The notes: generated by a model not told the origin, from the letters alone. Positions 1-10,113 are shown, numbered from the stretch's first letter. The stretch: DNA of 64,000 nt from Candidatus Subterrananammoxibius californiae (GCA_030586555.1 JAURAC010000004.1:1-64000); one strand, 5' to 3'. Program-made: numbers and translations.

Positions 1-201
1 TTCTATTTCAGCCTGCTATCAGCATTCCATATTGGCTGGCGAGAATTCAATATAGGCAACTGGATTAGCAGGATACAAGGACGGGAGTACACCCTGCGAG
101 CGAAGGGATGGGTCAGGACTGTCTCAGGCGTCCAGTCACTTATAAGTGTTTACCTGATAGCGCTGTCGGTACTGACCTACTTTGGACGTCCATTTGAATA
201 A
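1..201 (+). CDS. 3' end of a membrane protein (C-terminus like that of pentapeptide-repeat/ion-channel-like membrane proteins), partial
   Basis: Frame +1 is open from base 1: FYFSLLSAFHIGWREFNIGNWISRIQGREYTLRAKGWVRTVSGVQSLISVYLIALSVLTYFGRPFE*, with TAA at 199-201. Not in the ORF track because its start lies outside the window. Confidence 0.7.
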   Translation, partial: FYFSLLSAFHIGWREFNIGNWISRIQGREYTLRAKGWVRTVSGVQSLISVYLIALSVLTYFGRPFE

Positions 202-365
202 TGACTTTTCTTCCTACAATCAGCATTCCTTTGTCTTTTTTCTGGAGTTTCTTGAATTTTCTATCCAGGGTTTCTTTAATGGCAAGTTTGTACACTACTT
301 TAGCCCGTATCTTTCCCCAAAATCTTCGACCATGATAGACTTTTCGAGGGCAATGTTTCGTATTT
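202..365 (-). pseudogene. Remnant of a type II TA pair: antitoxin C-terminus plus RelE-like toxin N-terminus
   Basis: Minus strand reads IRNIALEKSIMVEDFGERYGLK* (TAG 295-297), overlapping GTG at 293-295 that opens VYKLAIKETLDRKFKKLQKKDK..., a RelE-like start. Both halves are truncated. Confidence 0.5.
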
Positions 366-422
366 CGTGCCTCGTTTTTATAGGTTAGGATTTCGTATTT
401 CGTATAACTTATGTGCTATAAA

Positions 423-2135
423 CTATGAGCCATGAGCCAAATAAAGCAGGCCATCCGCCATGGAGTAATTATAGGGGAAGGGGGATATTGTTTCGTTTAC
501 CTTTTGTAATATCTGTGCGTGTAATTCCTCAGCCTCTTGCGGGCTCATGCCTCTTTCTACCTCGTAAAAATAACCGAGACTGAGGTCTTCACTCTTTGGC
601 ACCATAATCCTTCTTAACCCGAAGTCGCCAGGGTTACAGGTTATGGGGGAATGTATCTCCATCTCATACAGACAGGGCAAGAAGGAAAACCCCGGGGAAG
701 AAACCAATCTTTCATTACTTAGGACAAAATTCGAGGTCTCAAAGGCTTCTTGTACCGTTTCTGTAGGAAAGCCAACAATAGAATAAAGATGTACGGATAC
801 GCCGGTTTCAAGACAGTTATTTAGAACTCTTTTTATTGTCTCCCTTTTCGTGCCCTTGCACATTAAGTCCAGTACCCTTTGAGAAAAGGATTCTAAGCCA
901 AAGACTAATTTCTGGCAGCCCGATGCCTTAATATCTTTTAATACCTCCAGTGTTATGCCTTCCTCAAACCTTACGCCCCCAATCCATTTTATATCAGCAC
1001 CACTTTCTAATAACGCTTTAGAGAGTAACGTAAGGCTTTTTATCGGGATGCACTCGTCTGCAAAAAAGAAATATCCTGTTGCGTGCCTTTCTTTCAGGGT
1101 GTTTATATCCCTCAAGACAAGCTCGGTTTTTTTAGGTCTAAAACACCTGTGGTCGTGGTGAAGGTTGCAAAATGTGCATTTTCCCCAGTAGCACCCTCTG
1201 GATGTCTGAACGGGTAAAACACGTTCAGGGGAATGGTACAAACTTAAAGGAAGTCCTTCGTAGTCAGGTGTGGGAAGTGTATTCACATCCTCGATAAAAA
1301 ATGGCTCATTTACCCTGGTCACACCATTTTCCCGATAAATAAGATTCGGAACCATCTTCAGGTCTTTCTTGCCGGAAAGCTGGTTAGCAAGTTCAAGAAG
1401 CGCATGTTCCCCTTCAAAGGCAACAAAGCTGTCAACAAAGGAAAAGAAGGTATCTGCCTTGAGGAGGTTATCAATCAATTTGGTAAATACACTCCCACCT
1501 ACCGTTACATAAATATCCTTTTCTCTTTCCTTAATTAGCCGTGCAAGGGTAAGCCCCGGTATTATCTGTGAGGTGGATGTTATAGATATGCCTACAACAT
1601 CAGGCTTTGAATCCAGAATAGAAGGTAAAAAATGTTGTTTAAAGATGTTTAAGAATATATTTTCCTCTTTATCCTGGATTGCAGCCATTATCTCCTTAGA
1701 GGAATAGACAGAATATCTCATCGTGTTGTCGTAGGCAGAGATGGACGAGGGATAAAATAATGCCCCAGCCAATTTCATATATTTATCAATAGTTATAAGG
1801 CTCTCGATATATTTATCTACATCATAAAAATCTTCAGTTCTAAATGTGGTCTTTGCGTCTTCAATAAAATCGAACGAAAGGGGGAGCAAGTCCGCTACCT
1901 CTCTTAAAACATCGAATTTTTCTGGCGCTAAAGATTGGGTGTTTAACTTATCTCTTATCATTGAGAGAAATTCCTCGCCCTTCTTTTTTGTAAGAACAAC
2001 CTCCAAGAACTCAATATTCAGGTCTCTCTGGGTTACTCTGATGCCCTCTTTTCTCAAGAAGGCTGTCAAGGAGGGGAGGCTCAAGAACGGCTGGGATGGA
2101 ATCCAGGACGGTGGAAATATAAGATTAATATGCAT
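423..2135 (-). CDS. B12-binding domain radical SAM protein
   Basis: N-terminal cobalamin-binding-like region (LIFPP...PFLSLPSL; VVGISIT; VTVGG) and CxxxCxxC motif CYWGKCTFC. Confidence 0.85.
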   Translation of the reverse strand: MHINLIFPPSWIPSQPFLSLPSLTAFLRKEGIRVTQRDLNIEFLEVVLTKKKGEEFLSMIRDKLNTQSLAPEKFDVLREVADLLPLSFDFIEDAKTTFRTEDFYDVDKYIESLITIDKYMKLAGALFYPSSISAYDNTMRYSVYSSKEIMAAIQDKEENIFLNIFKQHFLPSILDSKPDVVGISITSTSQIIPGLTLARLIKEREKDIYVTVGGSVFTKLIDNLLKADTFFSFVDSFVAFEGEHALLELANQLSGKKDLKMVPNLIYRENGVTRVNEPFFIEDVNTLPTPDYEGLPLSLYHSPERVLPVQTSRGCYWGKCTFCNLHHDHRCFRPKKTELVLRDINTLKERHATGYFFFADECIPIKSLTLLSKALLESGADIKWIGGVRFEEGITLEVLKDIKASGCQKLVFGLESFSQRVLDLMCKGTKRETIKRVLNNCLETGVSVHLYSIVGFPTETVQEAFETSNFVLSNERLVSSPGFSFLPCLYEMEIHSPITCNPGDFGLRRIMVPKSEDLSLGYFYEVERGMSPQEAEELHAQILQKVNETISPFPYNYSMADGLLYLAHGS

Positions 2136-2141
2136 AAGAGG

Positions 2142-3320
2142 TCAAACCCTTTCATAAGGGTAAAAGAGTTTCATGTATTCATCCTGAGCGTATCTATCGG
2201 TCATGCCTGCAATGTAGTCGCATACACCTTGATAAAGCCCAGAAATTTCCACCCATCTCTGGTATTCGGGTGGAAGCTGTTTTGGATTTCCAATATAGGC
2301 ATTAAATAACTCTTCTACAAAACGCTTTGCCTTGTCCGCCATGCGTGTTACCCTGTAGTGCTGATAAACGTTTTTGAAGAGGAATGCCTGAAGGTCAGAC
2401 TTTTTTTTATCCAAATCTGGCGAGAAAGAAACAATGTTTTCCTTACAGCTTCTGACATCCCAGGTGGATTCTATGCCGAGTTCCTTGAGCCTTGATTGAG
2501 TATGTTCTATAAGGTCAGTAACCTCAGTATTAATCAGGAATATAATAGTCTGTGCCCGACCCACGGGCTTTTCAACCCGTGTGTGCCCGCTATTCCCATC
2601 GAGGCTCGAAAATTTCCTCCGTATATGCTCAGAAGCAATTTTCCAGAGGTCTACATCCTGCAAAGCATCTTCGGTAATTAGTCCTGCCTGAAGGCTATCG
2701 TCGAGGTCATGGTTATCGTATGCTATGGAATCCACCTTATCAACAATCTGAGCCTCAAGAAGTGGACGTTCGTCTGGATTAAATTCATCGGTTACCGGTT
2801 TATCGTAGGTGGTCTTATGCTTGGCAATAGATTCCCTTACCTCCCACGAAAGATTAAGGCCTGGGAATTCTGGATACCGCTTTTCAAGTATGTCCACCAC
2901 CCGCAAGCCGTGCAGATTGTGCTCAAAGCCGCCGTGGTCCTTCATGAGTTTCTTAAGGGCATCTTCACCGGAATGACCAAAAGGTGTGTGGCCAAGGTCG
3001 TGGGCTAATGCTATTGCCTCGGTTAAATCCTCATTCAGACCGAGGGCTCTTGCAACACAGCGGGATATCTGGGCAACCTCGATTGTGTGCGTGAGGCGTG
3101 TTCTATAATAATCGCCCTCATGATTTACGAAGACCTGTGTCTTATATTCAAGACGCCTGAAGGCAGTGGAGTGAATTATCCTATCCTTGTCTCTTTGATA
3201 TATGGAACGGTACGAATGTTCCTCTTCCGAATATTTCCTGCCACGTGAGTCCTTGCTTTTCATTGCATAAGTGGCAAGGAGCTTTTCTTCTCTTTCTTCT
3301 ATATCTTTTCTTGAAAGCAC
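2142..3320 (-). CDS. dgt: Deoxyguanosinetriphosphate triphosphohydrolase (housekeeping dGTPase, HD family)
   Basis: YQRDKDRIIHSTAFRRLEYKTQVF, RTRLTHTIEV, AHDLGHTPFGHSGE, DYIAGMTDRYA. Confidence 0.93.
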   Translation of the reverse strand: MLSRKDIEEREEKLLATYAMKSKDSRGRKYSEEEHSYRSIYQRDKDRIIHSTAFRRLEYKTQVFVNHEGDYYRTRLTHTIEVAQISRCVARALGLNEDLTEAIALAHDLGHTPFGHSGEDALKKLMKDHGGFEHNLHGLRVVDILEKRYPEFPGLNLSWEVRESIAKHKTTYDKPVTDEFNPDERPLLEAQIVDKVDSIAYDNHDLDDSLQAGLITEDALQDVDLWKIASEHIRRKFSSLDGNSGHTRVEKPVGRAQTIIFLINTEVTDLIEHTQSRLKELGIESTWDVRSCKENIVSFSPDLDKKKSDLQAFLFKNVYQHYRVTRMADKAKRFVEELFNAYIGNPKQLPPEYQRWVEISGLYQGVCDYIAGMTDRYAQDEYMKLFYPYERV

Positions 3321-3339
3321 GTCATTTAGCCATCAGCTT

Positions 3340-3819
3340 TCAGCTTTTTGTAAAACAATCCTTTAATTCGTGATAAAGTTCCTCAAGTGATTGAGGGATT
3401 ACCTTTGTATCTGTAAAAACAGGCATGAAGTTCGTATCGCCCATCCATCTCGGAACTACATGAATGTGAATGTGGTCAGTTACCCCTGCGCCAGCTTCCT
3501 TTCCAAGATTAAGTCCAATATTAAATCCATCCGGGTGCATCTTCTTAATCAGAACTTCTCTGACCTCTTTCACGAGCATCATCATCTCGAGCATCTCATG
3601 ACTGGTTAGCTCAGAAATATCTCCCTTGTGTTTTTTCGTAACCACCATTACGTGTCCACTATTGTAAGGATACTTATTCAGCATGCAAAAGCAATCTCTG
3701 CCACGGTATATGACAAGGTTTTCTGCATCGTGATTTTCTTCATTAGCCCGACAAAGAAAACAGCCCGATGTTTTTTCCTTGATGTATTTTATGCGCCACG
3801 GCGCCCACAATGTTTTCAT
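3340..3819 (-). CDS. HIT family hydrolase (Ap4A phosphorylase/FHIT-like)
   Basis: LWAPWR start, CFLC, NKYPYNSGHVMV, HIHIHVVPRW. Start moved to MKTLWAPWR because the upstream extension is repeat-derived. Confidence 0.9.
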   Translation of the reverse strand: MKTLWAPWRIKYIKEKTSGCFLCRANEENHDAENLVIYRGRDCFCMLNKYPYNSGHVMVVTKKHKGDISELTSHEMLEMMMLVKEVREVLIKKMHPDGFNIGLNLGKEAGAGVTDHIHIHVVPRWMGDTNFMPVFTDTKVIPQSLEELYHELKDCFTKS

Positions 3820-3876
3820 TGTTTTCACCCAACCCGGGGTAATACCACGGACAAACAAGTTTGTCCATGCCACCCA

Positions 3877-4119
3877 TTATTTGCAAGATGCACAGCTTGA
3901 AGATGTACAGGTAGCGCAACTTGAAGAACCTCCTTCAGATTCAGATGAGCCGTTACTACCACCTGCAGACATCCCGAACACAGAGAAGACCTTATGAACA
4001 TTGTTACTGTTGCACTGAGGACAATGAGGTTTTTTCCGTTTGCCTGAGGCGGATGAACTGTGGAAAAACTCCTCAAACTTCTTATTGCATTCGTTGCACT
4101 CGAACTCATAAATAGGCAT
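3877..4119 (-). CDS. FmdB-family zinc-ribbon protein
   Basis: MPIYEFECNEC...CPQC...KVFS and a C-terminal CxxC..CxxC tail. Confidence 0.85.
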   Translation of the reverse strand: MPIYEFECNECNKKFEEFFHSSSASGKRKKPHCPQCNSNNVHKVFSVFGMSAGGSNGSSESEGGSSSCATCTSSSCASCK

Positions 4120-4192
4120 ATTAGTCCTTCAAGGATATTGGTAGACAACGGACTTTATGTCCGTTGAAGTCAACGATGGTCAACATCGTTGT

Positions 4193-4930
4193 CTACCTTT
4201 TTTCAAAAGAAGGTAAGTACTGTAGTGGGTCTACAGGTCTATCGTTCACAAATATCTTAAAATGCAAGATGGGCTGGTTGCCCACCCTTGCAATTACCTG
4301 CCCTTGCCTGACCTTACTTCCCTTGTTAACCAGAATTTCTCCAACGTGCCCATACCAGCTATCTAACCCACGCTGATGCTCAATCACCACCACCTTGCCA
4401 CCAGACCCTTCAGCAGCATCAGTGGCAGTTACAACAATACCCCCTCTTATAGCCACCACATCCTGTCCTGACCCTGTCCTTATATCAATACCAGTATTCC
4501 TCAGACCGTTCTTTTCGTTACCGTAATAGGAGATTATATTTCCTTTTACGGGCCATATAAAACTAACTGTCTTAGGGGGGCTACCGATACTGGTAGGAGA
4601 GGTGTAAGCGCTGGTCTTTTTGCCACCGGGAATAATTATTTCCTGACCCGGCTGTAACGCCCTGACGTCTGATATGTGGTTTGTTGTAATAAGAACCTTG
4701 GGTGAAACCCCATAAGCTTTAGCAATTCTGTATATCGTGTCGCCACGCTTTATGGTATATACGGCGCCTTCTGTTCCCTTAGGCACCTCCACAGCTTCCG
4801 GCTTTTTCTCCTCTTCTAATGGTGGAGCTGGAATCCGTGAAACTGGAGGTGGTGTTACCGTAGCACAACCTGAGAAGAAAAGTACAATCACCGTAAGCCA
4901 CCCAACTTTTTTAACTATGTTGACATTCAC
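4193..4930 (-). CDS. LysM + M23 peptidase-like lipoprotein (NlpD-like)
   Basis: Lipobox FSGC, LysM (YTIKRGDTIYRIAKAYG), M23-like domain (FIWPVKG, NTGIDI, YGH, LHF). Probable GTG start at 4930; the longer ORF overlaps the tRNA fragment. Confidence 0.85.
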   Translation of the reverse strand: MNVNIVKKVGWLTVIVLFFSGCATVTPPPVSRIPAPPLEEEKKPEAVEVPKGTEGAVYTIKRGDTIYRIAKAYGVSPKVLITTNHISDVRALQPGQEIIIPGGKKTSAYTSPTSIGSPPKTVSFIWPVKGNIISYYGNEKNGLRNTGIDIRTGSGQDVVAIRGGIVVTATDAAEGSGGKVVVIEHQRGLDSWYGHVGEILVNKGSKVRQGQVIARVGNQPILHFKIFVNDRPVDPLQYLPSFEKR

Positions 4931-4948
4931 TGTTGTTATTAAACTTGA

Positions 4949-4984
4949 TGGAGCGGGCGATAGGATTCGAACCCACGACGCCCA
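4949..4984 (-). repeat. Duplicated 3' end of tRNA-Gly (att-like site)
   Basis: tggagcgggcgataggattcgaacccacgacgccca matches 5585-5620 at 35/36 nt. Confidence 0.9.
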
Positions 4985-5080
4985 AAAGGCTACCAAGACA
5001 TTAAAAATTCTAAACTCAAATATCTACCCTGAACTTGTTTCAGGGCTAAACAAATCCTATATGCCGATTCGTTCTGTGAA

Positions 5081-5455
5081 TTAATTAAATTTATCTATAA
5101 ATTCTTTAGCAGCTTTGAGGGCGTCTTTTACTAAAACCGCATTGCAGAAAAGTCCCCTATAACATCCCGCAATATGTAGTGTATCATACAGGTGTTCAAA
5201 TTTTCTTGCAAGTTTACCATTATGTGGAGCAAAATGTTTCTGCAAAGCATCCCTATATCCTTCAACCGATTTAGGTAATTCCTTTTTGCTTAACCCTTTT
5301 TTAAATAGCGCTTCATTGATTGCCTCTAACAATGCTAAATATGCAGTGCCAAATACTTCCCGTACAGGCTTAATATCTGTATAATCATTATCTTCTATTG
5401 GAATACGGGCAAGTATCTCTTTTGCATTTTGTAGGTATCTCAATGATTCTTTCAT
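5081..5455 (-). CDS. DUF5618-like (HEPN-like helical) protein
   Basis: ESLRYLQNAKEIL...DIKPVRE.FGTAYLALLEA...LYDTLHIAGCYRG pattern recognised as this family. Confidence 0.65.
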   Translation of the reverse strand: MKESLRYLQNAKEILARIPIEDNDYTDIKPVREVFGTAYLALLEAINEALFKKGLSKKELPKSVEGYRDALQKHFAPHNGKLARKFEHLYDTLHIAGCYRGLFCNAVLVKDALKAAKEFIDKFN

Positions 5456-5584
5456 ATGCTAATCCGCCTCAGGTATTCCGTCGCCTTCGGCTAAGGATAC
5501 CTCAGTACATTAGAAATCTAATTTCTAACGTACCAAGCTTGCAATGCCATGCCATGTCGGCATGACGTGGTAATTTAGTAAGCG

Positions 5585-5659
5585 TGGAGCGGGCGATGGG
5601 ATTCGAACCCACGACGCCCAGCTTGGGAAGCTGGTATTCTACCGCTGAATTACGCCCGC
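5585..5659 (-). tRNA. tRNA-Gly (anticodon CCC)
   Basis: Minus strand GCGGGCGTAATTCAGCGGTAGAATACCAGCTTCCCAAGCTGGGCGTCGTGGGTTCGAATCCCATCGCCCGCTCCA: cloverleaf, GTTCGAA T-loop, encoded CCA. Confidence 0.97.
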
Positions 5660-5745
5660 ATCTGTTTTGAAAAAACGATTTAACATGGACAAACAAGTTT
5701 GTCCATGCCACCCTTTAATTTAATATAGCACAAGTTGTGTTAGAG

Positions 5746-6720
5746 TCAAGTGCTATTAACTACAGACCCATGCTGGCACTTTGCCCCTTGCCATGAATCC
5801 CTTCGCTTTAGTTCGGCAGTAATTGCTGCGCACACATCCGCCTTGCTCATGGGCCAGACAGGCGAAATAAGGAACTTCCCGTGGGTATCGCCAACCAGCC
5901 TATGTACACAAATATCGGAAGACAAGCGTTCAAGAAAATCAGCAGATATGCTAACGTATTCCTCTGCACTCATTGTATGTATGTTTCCCTTAAAATATTC
6001 CTCTGCAAGGGGTGTGTTCTTTGCAATGTATAGATGATGGAGCTTTATCCCATTTATTCCCATAGCAGAAACGATATTAGCAGTCTCCATCATATCGTTC
6101 CAATCCTCTCCGGGGAGACCAAGAATAACATGAGCACAGATATTAATGCCTCTACCCTTCGTGCGAGAGATTGCATCCTCAAATGCCTTAAATGAATGAC
6201 CGCGATTTACTAATCCTAATGTACGGTCATGAATTGATTGCAGACCGTATTCAATCCATACATGGTAATCCTTAGTATAACCCGCTATCAATTCAAGCAC
6301 ATCATCAGAAACACAATCTGGCCTTGTGCCTATAGAAATACCAATTACATCCTTTTCCTCCAGCGCTTCATCATATTTAGCTTTCAAAACATCAACATTG
6401 GCGTAGGTATTGGTAAATGCCTGGAAATAGACTATAAATTTTCCCGCCCCGTATCTATTTCTTAGAAAATTAATACCGCTTTTTACCTGTTCCCTTATGG
6501 GGATAGTCTTGCCTCCAACATTGGGGCTGAAGCTCTCGTTTGCACAATAAGTACAGCCACCAAACCCTACCTTGCCATCCCTGTTAGGACAGGTAAAGCC
6601 TGCATGAATGGGAATCTTCTGAACCCTGAAAGGAAAGCGTTCTTTTAAAAATTGGCTAAATGGATAATATCGCAAAGGGTGCTCCTTTATCCAGGACTCT
6701 TGAACCATATTTAACTCCAC
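5746..6720 (-). CDS. YhcC/TIGR01212-family radical SAM protein
   Basis: GFTCPNRDG..G.GGCTYC, YFQAFTNTY, IGTRPDC, IEYGLQS. Confidence 0.9.
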   Translation of the reverse strand: MELNMVQESWIKEHPLRYYPFSQFLKERFPFRVQKIPIHAGFTCPNRDGKVGFGGCTYCANESFSPNVGGKTIPIREQVKSGINFLRNRYGAGKFIVYFQAFTNTYANVDVLKAKYDEALEEKDVIGISIGTRPDCVSDDVLELIAGYTKDYHVWIEYGLQSIHDRTLGLVNRGHSFKAFEDAISRTKGRGINICAHVILGLPGEDWNDMMETANIVSAMGINGIKLHHLYIAKNTPLAEEYFKGNIHTMSAEEYVSISADFLERLSSDICVHRLVGDTHGKFLISPVWPMSKADVCAAITAELKRRDSWQGAKCQHGSVVNST

Positions 6721-6926
6721 GTAAAGGGTATACGCTGAAGGCTTAAGGCTGAAGTAGAAAAATTGTAAATTGAAAAATGAAAACCTTAAATTTTAAAATT
6801 TCTAATTTCCAATTTGCAATTCTTTTGTTACTTTACGAAGTCTATCAAATTCTACCATAGCTGTCAAACGAAAAGGCATCGTAGCTCATAGTTCATAGTT
6901 GCTATGCGCTAAGTTGCTATTAGCTA

Positions 6927-7415
6927 TCAGCTATGTAGCTTATAACCTATCTTGCGCAGGAATTCCTTGCGTGCCTTTACATCAGCTTCGCCTTCTATGC
7001 CCTTGGGTTTATAGCCATCAACTACACCCAGTACCCCACGCCCAAGCTCGGTCTCCGCAATAATTACCTCTACAGGATTTGCCGTAGCACAAAAGATTGA
7101 GCAAATCTCGGGACACTGCTTAATTGCATTTAGCACATTTACCGGAAACGCATCCTTTAAAACAATTACAAAGGCATGTCCTGCAGCAATATTAAAGGCG
7201 TTTCTTCCCGCAACATCCTTCAGTTCCTTATCGTTTCCTTCTACACGAACCAGACACGGTCCTGATGCCTCGCAAAATGCCACGCCAAACTTCATCCCCG
7301 GTACAGAGTTGACCATTACCTCATAGAGGTCTTCGGCGGTTTTAATAAAGTGAGTTTGCCCGATTATTATATTTGCACCATCAGGAATCTCCATTTTTAT
7401 CGTTTTAAATTCCAT
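6927..7415 (-). CDS. Adenosine-specific kinase family (DUF355)
   Basis: NIIIGQTHFIKTAEDLYE, FCEASG, CATANP, RKEFLRKIGYK. Confidence 0.88.
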   Translation of the reverse strand: MEFKTIKMEIPDGANIIIGQTHFIKTAEDLYEVMVNSVPGMKFGVAFCEASGPCLVRVEGNDKELKDVAGRNAFNIAAGHAFVIVLKDAFPVNVLNAIKQCPEICSIFCATANPVEVIIAETELGRGVLGVVDGYKPKGIEGEADVKARKEFLRKIGYKLHS

Positions 7416-7518
7416 ACAATCCTCCTTTTTCCCTTATCAAGTAGATACACGGTTAATTGCCTGCAAAGGTCTTTTTATTATTGTAATGTACAAAATCATT
7501 GTATTCAAATGATTTCAC

Positions 7519-7548
7519 TTGACTTTTTTAAAAAGTGGTGTGTATAAT
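7519..7548 (+). promoter_or_regulatory. Putative sigma70 promoter for the mreBCD-mrdA-pcrA unit
   Basis: TTGACT-N18-TATAAT about 100 bp upstream of mreB. Confidence 0.45.
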
Positions 7549-7648
7549 CAACCATCCATAAACAATAGTAAGACAAATAGTTCCATTGTTGTGTACTTAA
7601 GCGGTAGAGGAATTTTTTGTTGCTTTGACATAGAAAGATTGAGCTATT

Positions 7649-8704
7649 ATGCACCCGATTGAGTACCTCTTAGGTTTTTTCTCTACGGATATGGGAATTG
7701 ACTTAGGCACGGCTAATACCTTAGTCTACGTTCCCGGTCATGGAATTGTGCTCTCAGAACCATCGGTTGTGGCAGTCAAGGCAGGTACAAATCAAGTTTT
7801 GCTCGACGGTTTCGCCGTAGGCAAAACAGCAAAGGCAATGCTGGAGAAATCACCCAGCAGTATCGAGGTAATAAGGCCTCTTAAAGATGGCGTAATAGCT
7901 GATTTTGATATTACAGAGGCCATGCTAAGGTATTTCATACTCAAGGTTCACAAGCGCAGATGGGGTGTGAGGCCTCGGGTTGTAATAGCAATTCCAAGTG
8001 GCATAACCGCGGTTGAAAAGCGTGCCGTAGTCAACTCATCTGAACGGGCAGGTGCGAGAGAAACGTATCTAATTTCTGAGCCCAAGGCTGCAGCCATCGG
8101 GGTTGGACTCCCAATCGGCGAGCCAGTCGCAAACATGGTTGTTGATATTGGCGGGGGAACTACGGAAGTGGCTGTCATCTCTCTCGGCGATATATATACT
8201 CACGAAAGCCTCAGGATTGCTGGCGATGAAATGGACGAGGCGATTGTCCAATATGTAAGGCGTACCTATAACCTTGAGATTGGTCATCGAACGGCAGAGA
8301 ATATTAAGATTGAAATTGGTTCGGCATATCAACTAAAGGAAGAGTTAACCATGGAAATCAGGGGGCGAGACCTTATTGCCGGCCTTCCCAGGTCAACCAA
8401 CATTAGCTCTGAAGAGGTTAGAGAAGCTATTAAAGAGCCCATAGAGGCTATCGTTAATGCGGTGAAATCCACACTACAAAAGACGGTGCCAGAGCTGGCT
8501 TCTGACCTGCTGGAGCACGGCATGGTACTCGTTGGTGGAGGAGCTCTGCTTCGGGGTATTGATACACTCCTTGCCGAAGAAACAGGTCTTACCGTCAGGA
8601 TTGATGAAGACCCCTTAACCGCAGTCGTAAGGGGTACTGGCGTTCTTTTAGAGAACCTCGACCTGTATAAGGATGTTCTGCAGGTCACAGAAGTTGAAGG
8701 ATAA
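7649..8704 (+). CDS. mreB: Rod shape-determining protein MreB
   Basis: DMGIDLGTANT, RPLKDGVIADF, VVDIGGGTTEVA, GGGALLRG. Confidence 0.97.
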   Translation: MHPIEYLLGFFSTDMGIDLGTANTLVYVPGHGIVLSEPSVVAVKAGTNQVLLDGFAVGKTAKAMLEKSPSSIEVIRPLKDGVIADFDITEAMLRYFILKVHKRRWGVRPRVVIAIPSGITAVEKRAVVNSSERAGARETYLISEPKAAAIGVGLPIGEPVANMVVDIGGGTTEVAVISLGDIYTHESLRIAGDEMDEAIVQYVRRTYNLEIGHRTAENIKIEIGSAYQLKEELTMEIRGRDLIAGLPRSTNISSEEVREAIKEPIEAIVNAVKSTLQKTVPELASDLLEHGMVLVGGGALLRGIDTLLAEETGLTVRIDEDPLTAVVRGTGVLLENLDLYKDVLQVTEVEG

Positions 8705-8708
8705 ATCG

Positions 8709-8776
8709 GGTGATAGGCGATAGGCTATGGGCTATAGGCTATGAGTTTTCCCTATCGCCCATTGCCCATCGCCTAT
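8709..8776. repeat. Degenerate heptamer array (GATAGGC/TATGGGC) followed by its reverse complement
   Basis: gggtgataggcgataggctatgggctataggctatg ... cctatcgcccattgcccatcgccta; could fold as a hairpin. Confidence 0.7.
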
Positions 8777-9595
8777 ATGATTGAGTTACTCAAAAAATAT
8801 GTTATTATAATCCTCCTTGCAATATCCCTCATTCTTATAACTTTACCCGTTTGGATTTCATCCCGTATCAAGATGGCAATTGCATCCCCTTTAACGCCGC
8901 TGCAACGGACAACCTTTCAACTCGGAACTACTGTTAATGGTTACTTTCAAAACATCTTCTCCTTGTGGAAGAAGGTGGATGAATGTCAAAAACTTGAAAG
9001 AAAAATTTTCTTCCTGCAAAACAAGGTTGTAGAACAGCAATACATTATTAACAAGATGAATAACGAACTTAAAAACCTTACGTATTTTTATGAGTCCACC
9101 TCAGGTGGAAATACAAAGGAAAAACCCATTGTGGCAACGGTTATCGGATACGATGCGTCTGACTTCAGGAAAAGTATTTTAATTGACGCCGGGTCTAAAC
9201 ATGGGATTTATACGGATAACGTGGTCATATCAGATGGTGCGCTTGTGGGCAGAATATCAGAAGTAGGGAGGTCATCCAGCCGCGTACAGCTCATTACTGA
9301 CCCTGCCAGCCGTGTTCCTGCAAGGGTACTTGAAACAAGAGAGCAAGGCATCGTAGAAGGTACTGCAGGGTCCGCCTCAGGCGGATGCCGCCTGAAGTAT
9401 ATACCACGTACAGGACAAGTTGAAAAGAACAACAAGGTGGTCTCTTCAGGCATTGGAGACATCTTTCCAGAATCTATATACATTGCCGATGTCGTAGAAA
9501 GCGTGATTAGGGAAGACGAACCTTTTCGCCACGTTGAGTTACTACCGAGGATAAATCCTTCTAAACTGGAGGTCGTTGTTGTAATCAGAAAATAA
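8777..9595 (+). CDS. mreC: Rod shape-determining protein MreC
   Basis: N-terminal TM, coiled coil, A.VIGYD, IDAGSKHG, GALVGRI, VQLITDP, VVSSG; lies after mreB. Confidence 0.92.
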   Translation: MIELLKKYVIIILLAISLILITLPVWISSRIKMAIASPLTPLQRTTFQLGTTVNGYFQNIFSLWKKVDECQKLERKIFFLQNKVVEQQYIINKMNNELKNLTYFYESTSGGNTKEKPIVATVIGYDASDFRKSILIDAGSKHGIYTDNVVISDGALVGRISEVGRSSSRVQLITDPASRVPARVLETREQGIVEGTAGSASGGCRLKYIPRTGQVEKNNKVVSSGIGDIFPESIYIADVVESVIREDEPFRHVELLPRINPSKLEVVVVIRK

Positions 9596-9605
9596 GCAAT
9601 GAGCT

Positions 9606-10103
9606 ATGAGCCGTTTTATTACGTTATTCATTTTATTACTACTATGCACTTCACTTATACAGTCAGCCTTGTTACAACACCTAAGCCCATGGGGAATAAG
9701 GCCTGACCTGTTTATTATTTTTGTGATATTCTTTTCGTTCAAATTTAATGCTAAACAAGCAAACCTGCCCATTTTTATTGTTGGCATAACCAAAGACGTC
9801 TTCTCAGCAGGTCCTCTGGGTTTAAATGCATTTCTCTTCATTATTTGCGGCTTCCTTATTAGCCTTATCAAAGACAGAATATTTAAGGAACACCCTTTTA
9901 CCCAAGCCATTATTACTTTTATTATATCGGTACTTTACGGTACAGGATATGTTTCCGTCCTTTCCCTTTCATCACACTCAGTAAGCATTACAGGGATAGG
10001 ATGGAGAATCACTGCAGTTGCGCTCTACACAGCGCTGATAGCGCCCTTTGCATATTTGTTACTTTGCAGATTCCGTTTCTCCTACCTCTTTGAAAGAAGG
10101 TAA
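9606..10103 (+). CDS. mreD: Rod shape-determining protein MreD
   Basis: Hydrophobic; IRPDL, GITKDVFS.GPLGLNA; position in the operon. Confidence 0.9.
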   Translation: MSRFITLFILLLLCTSLIQSALLQHLSPWGIRPDLFIIFVIFFSFKFNAKQANLPIFIVGITKDVFSAGPLGLNAFLFIICGFLISLIKDRIFKEHPFTQAIITFIISVLYGTGYVSVLSLSSHSVSITGIGWRITAVALYTALIAPFAYLLLCRFRFSYLFERR

Positions 10104-10113
10104 GCCCATTGAG

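Noticed and set aside
182..388. 68-aa + strand ORF
   Set aside because: It overlaps the end of the real + strand gene and the minus-strand TA remnant, and has no recognisable features.
4949..4998. Possible second tRNA gene
   Set aside because: Only the 3' 36 nt are present; the D-arm and anticodon arm are missing.
5502..5711. 69-aa ORF MAWTNLFV...
   Set aside because: It spans the tRNA and palindromic repeats. The same MAWTNLFV translation appears wherever that repeat occurs (for example 3873), so it is an artefact.
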